A stretch of 50,469 bases of DNA from a virus. Taxonomy: Duplodnaviria > Caudoviricetes. The stretch spans positions 1 to 50,469 of IMG/VR virus record IMGVR_UViG_3300031999_000034; one strand, written 5' to 3'. A program made the position numbers and the translations under genes. Positions 36,823-45,548 of this stretch are shown here, in pieces. The number at the start of each line of letters is the position of its first letter. Position 1 is the stretch's first letter. A model generated the notes under the pieces. It made no database searches. It saw only the letters and a list, made by a program, of their open reading frames with translations, and had not been told where the DNA came from.

Positions 36823-37149
36823 ATGCTACCAGATGCCAGCAACGAGGAGCTTGCTCCTAGCCCCATAGACCAATGCTCTATGACCATAGAGAAAATGACC
36901 GGCGGTCATGATGGTCTTTCGGAGCATGGGGGCTTGGTGCTAGCAATGCTGGAATGCCAGCAACCGCAAGACTTTGCGCCGACATGCTATGGGCCAGATG
37001 GCAAGCTTTTGCCGAATGACGAGGATTTGAGGTTGTTTTGTAAGTCTCTGTTCGAGGAGTTGGTGGATCCAGTAACAGCGAAGCGGCTGGCTAAGGAATT
37101 GGAGACGGCCGAGGCGCGGGAGGAGGCCAAGTGGAGGGAGCGCAACTAA
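36823..37149 (+). CDS. Hypothetical acidic protein
   Basis: ORF in operon orientation. Confidence 0.55.
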   Translation: MLPDASNEELAPSPIDQCSMTIEKMTGGHDGLSEHGGLVLAMLECQQPQDFAPTCYGPDGKLLPNDEDLRLFCKSLFEELVDPVTAKRLAKELETAEAREEAKWRERN

Positions 37150-37210
37150 GTGGTAAGCTCCAAGCCACCAGAGAGTTAGACGCGCATGCCCCTCGCGCTA
37201 AAATGCGTGG

Positions 37211-37239
37211 TTGACATGCTGGGCGAAATGGTGTACAGT
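37211..37239 (+). promoter_or_regulatory. Sigma70-type promoter
   Basis: TTGACA-17-TACAGT, intergenic. Confidence 0.75.
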
Positions 37240-37263
37240 TGTTGCTGACGAGGGGGAAAGGTC

Positions 37264-37389
37264 ATGCGTAGAAACAACGCGGTGTTCTGGGGCGCCGGCG
37301 TAGGCGTCCTAGTTTCCGTCGTGCTCTGGGCGGGTTTCTGGGTGGCCGTCATTTGGGCGGTCGTGCATTTCGTTAAGAAGTTCTGGTGA
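37264..37389 (+). CDS. 41-aa single-pass membrane peptide
   Basis: MRRNNAVFWGAGVGVLVSVVLWAGFWVAVIWAVVHFVKKFW; first ORF after the promoter. Confidence 0.6.
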   Translation: MRRNNAVFWGAGVGVLVSVVLWAGFWVAVIWAVVHFVKKFW

Positions 37390-37393
37390 CGAA

Positions 37394-37723
37394 ATGGGCA
37401 TGTTCAACCACGAATCACAAGACTACAAGTCTTACGAAATTACAAAGCAGGATTTGGCTGCTAAAGCCGCGTATGATCGTGCCTGCGCCGAAGCAGAGCG
37501 CGAATACAACGTGGCCCTGCGGGAGCGCGAAAAGCTATCGTGGCCAGATTGGGTACAATCCGTGTTCAATGAATCGGCCACTGAAATTGACGCATTGCGC
37601 GTGCTTTGTAGGCTGGTAATAGCGTTGGAAAATGAAGACTACGATGATGACGATGCCCCGTATGGTAACAGCCAGATACACGACGTGGCCGTGCGAGCCG
37701 CGCAACTGAAAGGAAGTTCCTAA
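37394..37723 (+). CDS. Hypothetical protein
   Basis: Coupled ORF. Confidence 0.6.
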   Translation: MGMFNHESQDYKSYEITKQDLAAKAAYDRACAEAEREYNVALREREKLSWPDWVQSVFNESATEIDALRVLCRLVIALENEDYDDDDAPYGNSQIHDVAVRAAQLKGSS

Positions 37724-37724
37724 A

Positions 37725-38069
37725 ATGGCTGACGACAACATCTTGCGCCCAGATTCCGAGCGCCGGAACGAGATCGAAAAGCGCCTTGAAGAACGCGCCA
37801 AGGCCGAGGAAGCTGACGAACGGTGCGTGCCGCCGGAAACCGGGCACACGGAGAAAGCTGCGGACAGCGAGATTCCGTTTGAGCTTTATGCCGCCATCGA
37901 CCACGGCATCTTCGTTTACGTGCAGAAAGATGGCAAATTTGCTGCCCACATGCACCACATTCCGGATGCCGGGACGGCCCATGCGCTGCTATGCCGCGCG
38001 GAAGCAAAGATCCGAGCGATGATCACGGCCGACGCCACGGCCAAGCTGCTGGGATTGATGACTCGATGA
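37725..38069 (+). CDS. Hypothetical protein
   Basis: AAGGA RBS. Confidence 0.6.
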   Translation: MADDNILRPDSERRNEIEKRLEERAKAEEADERCVPPETGHTEKAADSEIPFELYAAIDHGIFVYVQKDGKFAAHMHHIPDAGTAHALLCRAEAKIRAMITADATAKLLGLMTR

Positions 38070-38437
38070 GCCCTAACAGGGGCAAGCAAGCCGAGGTGTC
38101 CTTCACGCTGCTGTGCCTCCAGAAAGGATGGCAGATCTATGTGCCTGTGGTGTCAGATGGACCAGTTGATGCCGTCTTTGATCGCGGGGACGGCGTGCTG
38201 CTTCGCGGCCAGATCAAGTGCGGGCGGGTTGACCCGTCGCGTCCGGGCCATGTTCGCGTGGATTTGCGGCGCCACACGCCAGATCGGGCGTCGTATGGGC
38301 CGGGGATGATTGACGTTTTAGTGGTGCTGTACGAGGATCAGTTTTGGGTGGTGCCGTGGTCAGAAGTCGGGGATCGGCATTTGTCGATTCCGGCGGCCAG
38401 TGAGGGCTCGAAATATGGGGCTTGGAGGGTGGCATGA
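38066..38437 (+). CDS. PD-(D/E)XK endonuclease, I-Ssp6803I/intron-associated type
   Basis: GKQAE...GWQIYVP...PVDAVF...QIK...IDVLVV. Confidence 0.8.
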   Translation: MSPNRGKQAEVSFTLLCLQKGWQIYVPVVSDGPVDAVFDRGDGVLLRGQIKCGRVDPSRPGHVRVDLRRHTPDRASYGPGMIDVLVVLYEDQFWVVPWSEVGDRHLSIPAASEGSKYGAWRVA

Positions 38438-38901
38438 TTGCAGTAATCTGTGCGTTCGTACTGATCGCGGCGCTGGCGGGGCATGCCGGGTACTTGCATA
38501 GCCAAGTGCGTAGGCTGCGGCGGCTTGATCGGCCCGCGCCGAAGTTGTTGTACTCGGACTTGTTCGCAAAGAGGCTGGACAAGGTAGAAGAAATGGTCAA
38601 TGCGGTGTTCAAGCCGCAGTTTGTGTATACGCCAGCCAAGCCTGCATACCGGCTGATGACATTGGCCGAGCGGCGCCAGCAGGAAGAGCCCTGCACTGGA
38701 ATCTGCCCCAAGTGCGGCGGAAAGCGGGTCGGGGGGCCGGCTGGCGCGGGGTTTGGAGAGTGTCTGGGATGCGCAGAGGAAAAGCTAGTGGATGACCTGC
38801 TGTACGGAGGCTGGATTGTGGGCCATTCAGATGTTTGTATGTGTTGTGATTGCTTTAGGGCGCGCACGGAGTTTAAGGTATTCACTGGGTATAACACATG
38901 A
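38434..38901 (+). CDS. Membrane-anchored Cys-rich protein
   Basis: N-terminal TM; CPKC, CLGC, H...CMCCDC. Confidence 0.55.
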   Translation: MIAVICAFVLIAALAGHAGYLHSQVRRLRRLDRPAPKLLYSDLFAKRLDKVEEMVNAVFKPQFVYTPAKPAYRLMTLAERRQQEEPCTGICPKCGGKRVGGPAGAGFGECLGCAEEKLVDDLLYGGWIVGHSDVCMCCDCFRARTEFKVFTGYNT

Positions 38902-39701
38902 CCAAGCCCCGGCGCATGTCGGACTTCGTCGGCGCGTCCCGGCCGTCTGGCACGCAGATGTGCTACCAGAACTGCCCGGAGTGCGGGGCGGGCAGCTGGA
39001 AGCTGTACGTGGCTCCGGCTACAGGCAAGTGGTTCTGCTTCAAGCATAATTCCGGCGGCATGGTGGCGGTAGACCTGCCCAGCACGGGCGCAGGCGCCGC
39101 AATTCTGGCGATGCTCGAGCCCCAGCCGGTGGAGCTTACATGGCGCGAGATCCAGCTACCAAACTGGACTCCCCTGTGCCCACGTGCCCTCCGATACTTG
39201 CTAAAACGCGGTGTTGGGAGCGGAGTCACCCGCCGGCTGGGACTCGTTGAAATGACTGACCGCATGCGGATCCTGTTTCCCTACCGGGACGACCGGGGTC
39301 AGATCGTGTGGTGGAACTCGCGGGCCTACACGTCGCTGGAAGAAGGCCCCAAGTACCTAGGCGCTCCGGGCCGGCATCCGTTGTACGTGCTTCCAGACTG
39401 GCGCCCGTCCCCGGACGTGGTGCTGGTGGAGGGTGTGCTGGATGCGGTTGCGGTCTGGCAGCATCTGCCGGGGGTCACGGCCGTGGCGCTGGGCGGCAAG
39501 TCGCTGCCCAAGTACCTAGAACTCGAACTTCTGGCGCTGGCCACCGGCCGCGTCAGCATAATGCTCGACAACGACGCCCTTGCGCACGCGTTGGGGCTGC
39601 AGATGAGGCTCCGGTCAGTGCGGGAAACAAGGGTGGTCCAGTTGCCGGCCGGCGAGGATCCGGCCAGCATGGGCGCCAAACTTCTGGAGGTGTGGTCATG
39701 A
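38898..39701 (+). CDS. DNA primase (Zn finger plus TOPRIM)
   Basis: CPEC..WFCFKH; PKYL; VLVEGVLDA; MLDNDA; EDP. Confidence 0.9.
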   Translation: MTKPRRMSDFVGASRPSGTQMCYQNCPECGAGSWKLYVAPATGKWFCFKHNSGGMVAVDLPSTGAGAAILAMLEPQPVELTWREIQLPNWTPLCPRALRYLLKRGVGSGVTRRLGLVEMTDRMRILFPYRDDRGQIVWWNSRAYTSLEEGPKYLGAPGRHPLYVLPDWRPSPDVVLVEGVLDAVAVWQHLPGVTAVALGGKSLPKYLELELLALATGRVSIMLDNDALAHALGLQMRLRSVRETRVVQLPAGEDPASMGAKLLEVWS

Positions 39702-40396
39702 GTTTCAAGGTTGGGGACAAGGTGCTGCGCGGCAAGATCAAGGGAGTGGTTGTGGCGGTTGTTGGGCCCAGAGAGTGCCCGCAGTGCGTGGTGGAAGAGG
39801 CTCGGGCGCATCGCGCAGAAGACCGTAAGGGGATCAATTACGGGCATACAGAGCGAGAGAAGAGACCAGACGTAAGCTGCGTGGTGCGCGAAGGCAACAA
39901 GCTGCAGTGGCCCGCGTTTGGGGACTTGAAGTTGGCTGCTGCGCAGCCTGCCAAGCCCGCATTCGCAGTTGGCGACAACGTGCGCTGGACCAGTCAGGCC
40001 GGCGGGTACAAGAAGACGAAGCTTGGAAAGATTGTGGTTGTAGTTCCCCCGTCCACGCGGGCGCGGGATGTGCTGGTGGGATCCGTGTACAATGCGCGCG
40101 AGGGGTGTTTTGACGGGTTTTCCAAGCGCTTTACTGAGTCGTACATCGTGTCGACCGGTAGGACGCTGTACTGGCCCCGCGTGTGCCAGTTGGAAAAGAT
40201 GGACGAAACGGGCCCGGTGAAGAGCGTGGCCATCAAGTCGGTGAATCCGCCCACTAAGAAGGAGCAGTTGGCGGTCATAGCCAATCTGCTTCGGGATCTG
40301 CGCAACCAGTACGTGTCGGTCGTGGCTAATACGCCGTTTGTGCCGGATGTTTTGCTGGCGGTAATCTGGCACCTCGAATCGGAGGCCAAGAAGTGA
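39698..40396 (+). CDS. Hypothetical protein with an internally duplicated SH3-like domain
   Basis: FKVGDKV..GVVVAVV..SCVV..LQWP and FAVGDNV..GKIVVVV..SYIV..LYWP. Confidence 0.65.
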   Translation: MSFKVGDKVLRGKIKGVVVAVVGPRECPQCVVEEARAHRAEDRKGINYGHTEREKRPDVSCVVREGNKLQWPAFGDLKLAAAQPAKPAFAVGDNVRWTSQAGGYKKTKLGKIVVVVPPSTRARDVLVGSVYNAREGCFDGFSKRFTESYIVSTGRTLYWPRVCQLEKMDETGPVKSVAIKSVNPPTKKEQLAVIANLLRDLRNQYVSVVANTPFVPDVLLAVIWHLESEAKK

Positions 40397-42771
40397 GCAA
40401 GAAGGTCGTATTCGTAATCGGAGTTCCGGGCGAGTACGCCTTACGCGGCGATTGCCTATCCGCTGCAGACGCCAAGCTCCTCGAATCAGTCGCCCTATTC
40501 GCGGACGTGGACGCGGACATCCTATTGGCCGTTGAGAATATTACATGCGCCGGCCAGCCGGACAAAGCCAGCATGAAGATCATCCGCGAAGAGCGGCCCC
40601 GCCTGATCGCGGCAATTACTGCGGCCAACCCGGAAGCGGTAATCTGCTTCGGGCCGGTGGCGGTCAAGGCCGTGTTCAATCGCGGGAACAAGGTCTTGGA
40701 CGAGATGCTGCGCACGGCTCACAAAGTCGACGAACTCGTTGCCCCTGTGTACGTTACGCATTCACTGGAGCACGCCGCCGCCAAGCCCGGGGTCGGGCAG
40801 TGGCTTAGGTTTGACGTGCATGCCGCAGTAAACGGAATGGTGGAGACTACGTGGGGGGATTACAGCCTGCTGCTGCCGGACACCCAGCCGTGGGATCAGT
40901 GCCCCCCACACTTCCGCAATCTTACACTGCAGGAGGAGCCGGTTGTAGGGCTTGACCTTGAAACCTATCCCGGGTTATCGCCGTGGGACAAGGACGCACG
41001 GATTCGGATGTGTGTAATATCCGACAAGGTAGGGCGTGCCACCATTGTACAGGCCACACCGGATAGCCGACTGCCGAAGTGGCTTGTAGACATCATTGAG
41101 TGCCCGTCGATTGTGAAGGCCGGCTCGAATATCAAGTTCGACTATCGTTGGCTTCACAAGTTCGGCGTGACGATGACAAACATGCACGACACGTCGACCG
41201 CCCAGCACCTGATCGATGAGACGGATCCCTTCAAGGACTTGAAGTCCCTGACGTTCAGGTATTTGCCGAGGCTTGGTGACTACTCGAAGGCGCATCGAGC
41301 ATTGGTAGGCGAGAGAGGCGGCTGGGAAAATGTCACGGACGAGGAAATGTACACGTACTGTGGGGCGGACGGTGAAGCGTCGGTTGCAGCTGCGCTGGAG
41401 CAGCGCGCCATCCACGCCCGGCGGGGTCTTGATGCTCCGTTCCATCTGTCCACTGATCTCTACCACGTGCTTGCGGAGATGGAAACCGCCGGCTGCCGAA
41501 TCGATATGGCAGAAAACAGTCGACTTGATGGACGGTTCAAGGTTCAGCTATCGGCGCTTCGGGGTGAGATCTGCGAAGTCTTGGGCCCGATCAACCCAGC
41601 AAGCCCGGACCAGCTTGTCGAAGCGCTCGTGGCGACCATTCCCGATCTTGATCTCCGCAAGTACCAACTCAAGCGCCAGTTCTCCGGAACGAGCTACCAA
41701 GCGGGTCGCCACGAAGTCGGCGCGGATCTGGACGAGATCTTCTCCACGGAGAAGGCAATCCTCGAGCGGGAATCTGAGAAGCACCCCGTGATTGGGAAGA
41801 TCCTGTTGTGGCGCCGGCTTGCCAAGCTACACGGCACGTACGTAGAGGGCATCGTGCCCAAGCTGGCAGACCATGGCGATGGCATGTACCTGCACACATC
41901 GTTTAGGTCTGACGTGACAGAGACGTACCGCCTATCGTCTCAGGGCCCGAACCTGCAGAACGTCCCGCGCAAACCTGATCCTGACGACTTGCACCCTATT
42001 CCGGAAGACTTGAACATCAAGCGCCAGTACGTGTCTCGGTTCCCGGGCGGGGTCATCATGGAGGGTGACCTTGCTCAGGCCGAGATACGGCTGGCGGCTA
42101 TGATTTCCGGCGACAAAGCCATGCTGGGCGCCATCGAGTCCGGCGAGGACATCCATACGTCGATGGCGTCCAAGATGCTGTACAAGCTCACGAGTGCGGT
42201 GACCAAGCACGAGCGCCAGAACTGCAAGTCGCTTACGTTCTTGGTGCTCTACGGTGGTGGCGCCAACACGCTGGCGCGGAAGCTGGGAATCAGCAAGAAC
42301 AAGGCGCTGGACCTGATACGCGCGTACTTCGCCGCCTTCAATGGACTCGACTTCAAGATTAACCAAGTCAAGGCCACGGTAAAGCGCGACCTATTGGTCC
42401 AGTCGATGTTCGGATACCGGCGCCGATTCGTGGCCCCGGAAATCTGGAATTCGTGGCCGGGGTGGCGGATCGAAAGACAGGCGTGGAATTTCCTTGTCCA
42501 GAACTCGGCAGCGTGCTGTGCGTTTGTGGCTATGGTTGACTTGCACAACAAGATGAAGGCGCTGGACCTCAAGAGCAAGATCATCCTGCAGGTGCATGAC
42601 TCCATTGTCGTGGACACGCACCCAAGCGAAGTTGGCGCGGTTAGCCGGCTGCTGAAAGCCAGCCTGTCAGACCCAATGACCAAGAAATACGGGGTCGAAC
42701 TGACCGTGCCCATGAGTGCCGACATCGAAGTGGGCCCCAATTGGGGCGAGAAGAAAGCGGTTGACATCTAG
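40393..42771 (+). CDS. polA: Family A DNA polymerase with N-terminal UDG-like domain and 3'-5' exonuclease
   Basis: Exo DLET, NIKFD, YCGAD; RLSS..PNLQN; motif A DLAQAEIR; motif B RQNCKSLTFLVLYG; motif C VHDS. Confidence 0.95.
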   Translation: MSKKVVFVIGVPGEYALRGDCLSAADAKLLESVALFADVDADILLAVENITCAGQPDKASMKIIREERPRLIAAITAANPEAVICFGPVAVKAVFNRGNKVLDEMLRTAHKVDELVAPVYVTHSLEHAAAKPGVGQWLRFDVHAAVNGMVETTWGDYSLLLPDTQPWDQCPPHFRNLTLQEEPVVGLDLETYPGLSPWDKDARIRMCVISDKVGRATIVQATPDSRLPKWLVDIIECPSIVKAGSNIKFDYRWLHKFGVTMTNMHDTSTAQHLIDETDPFKDLKSLTFRYLPRLGDYSKAHRALVGERGGWENVTDEEMYTYCGADGEASVAAALEQRAIHARRGLDAPFHLSTDLYHVLAEMETAGCRIDMAENSRLDGRFKVQLSALRGEICEVLGPINPASPDQLVEALVATIPDLDLRKYQLKRQFSGTSYQAGRHEVGADLDEIFSTEKAILERESEKHPVIGKILLWRRLAKLHGTYVEGIVPKLADHGDGMYLHTSFRSDVTETYRLSSQGPNLQNVPRKPDPDDLHPIPEDLNIKRQYVSRFPGGVIMEGDLAQAEIRLAAMISGDKAMLGAIESGEDIHTSMASKMLYKLTSAVTKHERQNCKSLTFLVLYGGGANTLARKLGISKNKALDLIRAYFAAFNGLDFKINQVKATVKRDLLVQSMFGYRRRFVAPEIWNSWPGWRIERQAWNFLVQNSAACCAFVAMVDLHNKMKALDLKSKIILQVHDSIVVDTHPSEVGAVSRLLKASLSDPMTKKYGVELTVPMSADIEVGPNWGEKKAVDI

Positions 42772-42789
42772 CGGCAGGCATGCTAGAAT
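42761..42789 (+). promoter_or_regulatory. Sigma70-type promoter
   Basis: TTGACA-17-TAGAAT with TG extension, at the polA stop. Confidence 0.75.
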
Positions 42790-42823
42790 TGCCGAGCTTC
42801 AAATTTTGGAAAGGGGGTTCAAA

Positions 42824-43120
42824 GTGGTGGAAACAAAGAAGTCGTTGAGTCTGGTGATGATAGAATGGACAGATTCCTATTCGGTAGGGGATTCTGTCTG
42901 GGTTAAAGCTTCCGAATTGGAAGGCGTACCGGTCCCTAACCCGCACTATTCCGTGGGTTGGGTGTTAGCGCGCAGTGCGGAAGCCATTACGCTGGTACCC
43001 CATGTGGGGGTGTATGCTGGAGAAGTGGTTTCCACGTGCGGCAATCTAACCATACCTGTGTGTAGCATCAGTTGCATCACAAAAATAGCGGCGCCGCGCG
43101 GTCTACGTTTGACTAAGTAA
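42824..43120 (+). CDS. Conserved small phage protein
   Basis: IEWTDS...W...SVGWVL...IP pattern. Confidence 0.65.
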   Translation: MVETKKSLSLVMIEWTDSYSVGDSVWVKASELEGVPVPNPHYSVGWVLARSAEAITLVPHVGVYAGEVVSTCGNLTIPVCSISCITKIAAPRGLRLTK

Positions 43121-43133
43121 AGGAGCCCCCCAA

Positions 43134-43883
43134 ATGGCAGGTATCAGTCGTCCGGTCTTCAATCTCAACGTGTCGGCCAGCAAGAAGATGACGGACTCCA
43201 AGTCCATCTTCCTTGACATCAAGCCGGACACAGCAGTGCGCCTTCGGATTCTGCCGCCTACCACCGAGGACGGCTCCCTGTTCACGAAGGTGTTGAATCA
43301 CTTCAAGCTCAAGAATCCCGAAGGCGGGGGCATGGCGCTGGCATGCCTGCGCGAACATGGCGAAGAAGGCGAGATCTGCTACCTGTGCCAGCTTCTGGAG
43401 TTTCTGAAGAAGAGCAAGGACAAGACCGACCAGAAGATCGGCAAGGAACTCTACGCGAATCCTCGCTGGTACGTGCAGGCGTATCTGGCGGAAAAGGACG
43501 AGGAGCAGAAGCTGGCGTACAGGGGTCCGTTCCTTGTTGGCCTGTCCAAGACGACGGCCGACCAGTTGAATGGCTTCCTGAACATGCAGCAGGCTGCCGG
43601 CGACGACTTCTTCTGCGACCCGGACAAGGGGCAGGATGTCATGATCTCGCGCCATGGCTCCGGCATGAACACGAAGTACGTTGCCATGCTCACCGGCCAG
43701 AAGGCGTCGCTGGACGTAGTCATGCCGACGTGGGATAAGCCGGGGTCTGGCAAGCTCATTACGGATGTGCTGGCTGCACTCGAATTGAAAATCGAGGATG
43801 CCGATGGCCAGCGCAAGGCGGCCCTGCGCTCGTATCCTGATGAGATCGACTGGACTACCGTGAACGAGGCTATTACGATCTAA
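43134..43883 (+). CDS. ssDNA-binding protein (gp32-like)
   Basis: RLRILPP, Zn ligands H..C..CYLC, DPDKGQD, TKY. Confidence 0.75.
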   Translation: MAGISRPVFNLNVSASKKMTDSKSIFLDIKPDTAVRLRILPPTTEDGSLFTKVLNHFKLKNPEGGGMALACLREHGEEGEICYLCQLLEFLKKSKDKTDQKIGKELYANPRWYVQAYLAEKDEEQKLAYRGPFLVGLSKTTADQLNGFLNMQQAAGDDFFCDPDKGQDVMISRHGSGMNTKYVAMLTGQKASLDVVMPTWDKPGSGKLITDVLAALELKIEDADGQRKAALRSYPDEIDWTTVNEAITI

Positions 43884-43890
43884 AAGGCAG

Positions 43891-44101
43891 GCCCCCTACC
43901 GAGGCGTACTCTGCAGGGTCAGAGGGCGGGTGGATCGTGTCTTAATCATGGAGGAGCGGGCCACGAGGTAGGTAGAAGGGCGAGTGAAAGGAATTGGCAG
44001 CAAACACGGCGCGCGGGGCTCATTCACCCGCTGGGAAAGAGGATGCGTTGCTGGAGGAGAAGTTCCCGGGGCTTGAACACCAGCTTTGCTGCCATTACGC
44101 C
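43891..44101 (+). ncRNA. Candidate structured intergenic RNA
   Basis: Stems CCTACC/GGTAGG, CTCTG/CAGAG, TGGCAGCAAA/TTTGCTGCCA, GCGGG/CCCGC, GCTGG/CCAGC in a 229-nt gap. Confidence 0.45.
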
Positions 44102-44112
44102 GAAAGGAATAC

Positions 44113-44988
44113 ATGGATCCCATCAAACAGATGTACGCAAACCGGGATGCTGTGGCCCGGGACAAGGCGTCACGGCACTCCCGGCCACCCCAGCGCTTCC
44201 GTGCCAGCGAGGTCCACGACTGCGCGCGCAAGATCTACTACCGACTGTCAGGGTATGCGCCGGCTCCCCGGTACGCAATCGATGACGACTACGGCATCGA
44301 CGGGGACATGCAGCACGACGTGGTGCGCTGGCTTATGAGCCAGTGGGGTGTTCCGCTGCAGGGGCTGGACGTGGATGAGGCCGGCAAGATCAAGGAGCAA
44401 GCATCACGCATCAAGTCGTTCGCCGTCGACGATCTGGCATTCGACGTGACCGGCCGCATCGACGGAGAGATCAAGGTCGATGACGAATGGATGCTGCTGG
44501 AGATCAAGTCGGTTGGGTACTGGCCGTACAAGTACATGCAGGACGCCTTCATTGCCGGCGGGCAGGAAGCCCTTACCGAGCGCATCATGTCCAGTTCCGC
44601 GAGTGCCGGGTACATCGACCAGATGCACGTGTGCATGGCGATCTACGACATGCGCAAAGGTTACTTACTGGTGAAGGACCGTTCGGGGTGCAAGACTGGA
44701 ATCCACAATACAAAGACTGGTGACTGTGCCGGTGGAATGGTTGTGGAATGGGATCAAGAACGGTGGGATACGATCCTAAAACGGCTGCACATGATCCGTA
44801 TCAAGGTTAATACGGGCGTGCCCCCGCTTGCGGGATTCCCGCCGGGCTCTGACGACTGCAAGCTGCGGTGCCCGTTCGTGTACCTGTGCCACGACGCCGA
44901 CAAGAGGCGCCAGCGCGGGCTCGAGCCGGCCGTTGTGTATCCAGACCCGCTTGTGCAAATCGACCAAGCCCCGGAGGTAGCGCCTTGA
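44113..44988 (+). CDS. Cas4-like PD-(D/E)XK exonuclease
   Basis: RASE..CARKIYY, G...H, GRIDG, EIKS, Q, C...CPF..LC (four Cys). Confidence 0.85.
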   Translation: MDPIKQMYANRDAVARDKASRHSRPPQRFRASEVHDCARKIYYRLSGYAPAPRYAIDDDYGIDGDMQHDVVRWLMSQWGVPLQGLDVDEAGKIKEQASRIKSFAVDDLAFDVTGRIDGEIKVDDEWMLLEIKSVGYWPYKYMQDAFIAGGQEALTERIMSSSASAGYIDQMHVCMAIYDMRKGYLLVKDRSGCKTGIHNTKTGDCAGGMVVEWDQERWDTILKRLHMIRIKVNTGVPPLAGFPPGSDDCKLRCPFVYLCHDADKRRQRGLEPAVVYPDPLVQIDQAPEVAP

Positions 44989-45548
44989 ACATCTTGGCAC
45001 TTGGTGGCCGAATGGGTGCCGGCAAGACGACGCTGGCACAGTACTTGCGGGACAAGCACCAGTTCCATCTGCTGTCCCTAGCTGCCCCGCTCAAGCGGGA
45101 CATTGTGAAGATGGGATTCCCGGAGAAGATGGTGTACGTCGAAAAGCCGGACCCCATCCGTGCCCTAATGCAGGCGTATGAGCAGGCGTGGCGGCACATC
45201 GACAAGGACCATTGGCTGGATCTTCTGTGCCGGCAGATCGAGGAAATCAAGACGCGCTACAACACGCCGTCGTTGTTCGGCAACCGCCTCAGCACCCCGT
45301 TCATCGTCATTGACAACATGCGTTTTAGGAACGAGTTGCAGGCCATGGAGGATCTGGGGGCCCACACCGTGCGCGTGGTCAAGGCCAGCCCTATGGTCAA
45401 TGACAGCTTCGTAGGTGTGCGCGGTGACGCGTCCGAAATGGATTTGAACAGCGCGCAGTTCCACTCCACAATTTCGGCCGAGCCCGGCGAACTGGCATCC
45501 TTGCGCGCGCAGGCCGAGGATCTGCTGTCACGATTGGGGTGGGTGTAA
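44985..45548 (+). CDS. Deoxynucleoside monophosphate kinase
   Basis: GRMGAGKTT, AAPLK, RALMQ, IDNMRFRNE. Confidence 0.85.
   Translation: MNILALGGRMGAGKTTLAQYLRDKHQFHLLSLAAPLKRDIVKMGFPEKMVYVEKPDPIRALMQAYEQAWRHIDKDHWLDLLCRQIEEIKTRYNTPSLFGNRLSTPFIVIDNMRFRNELQAMEDLGAHTVRVVKASPMVNDSFVGVRGDASEMDLNSAQFHSTISAEPGELASLRAQAEDLLSRLGWV

Noticed and set aside
44113-44988. CRISPR-Cas adaptation module
   Set aside because: A solo Cas4-like nuclease next to SSB is a common phage recombination gene; no cas1/cas2.
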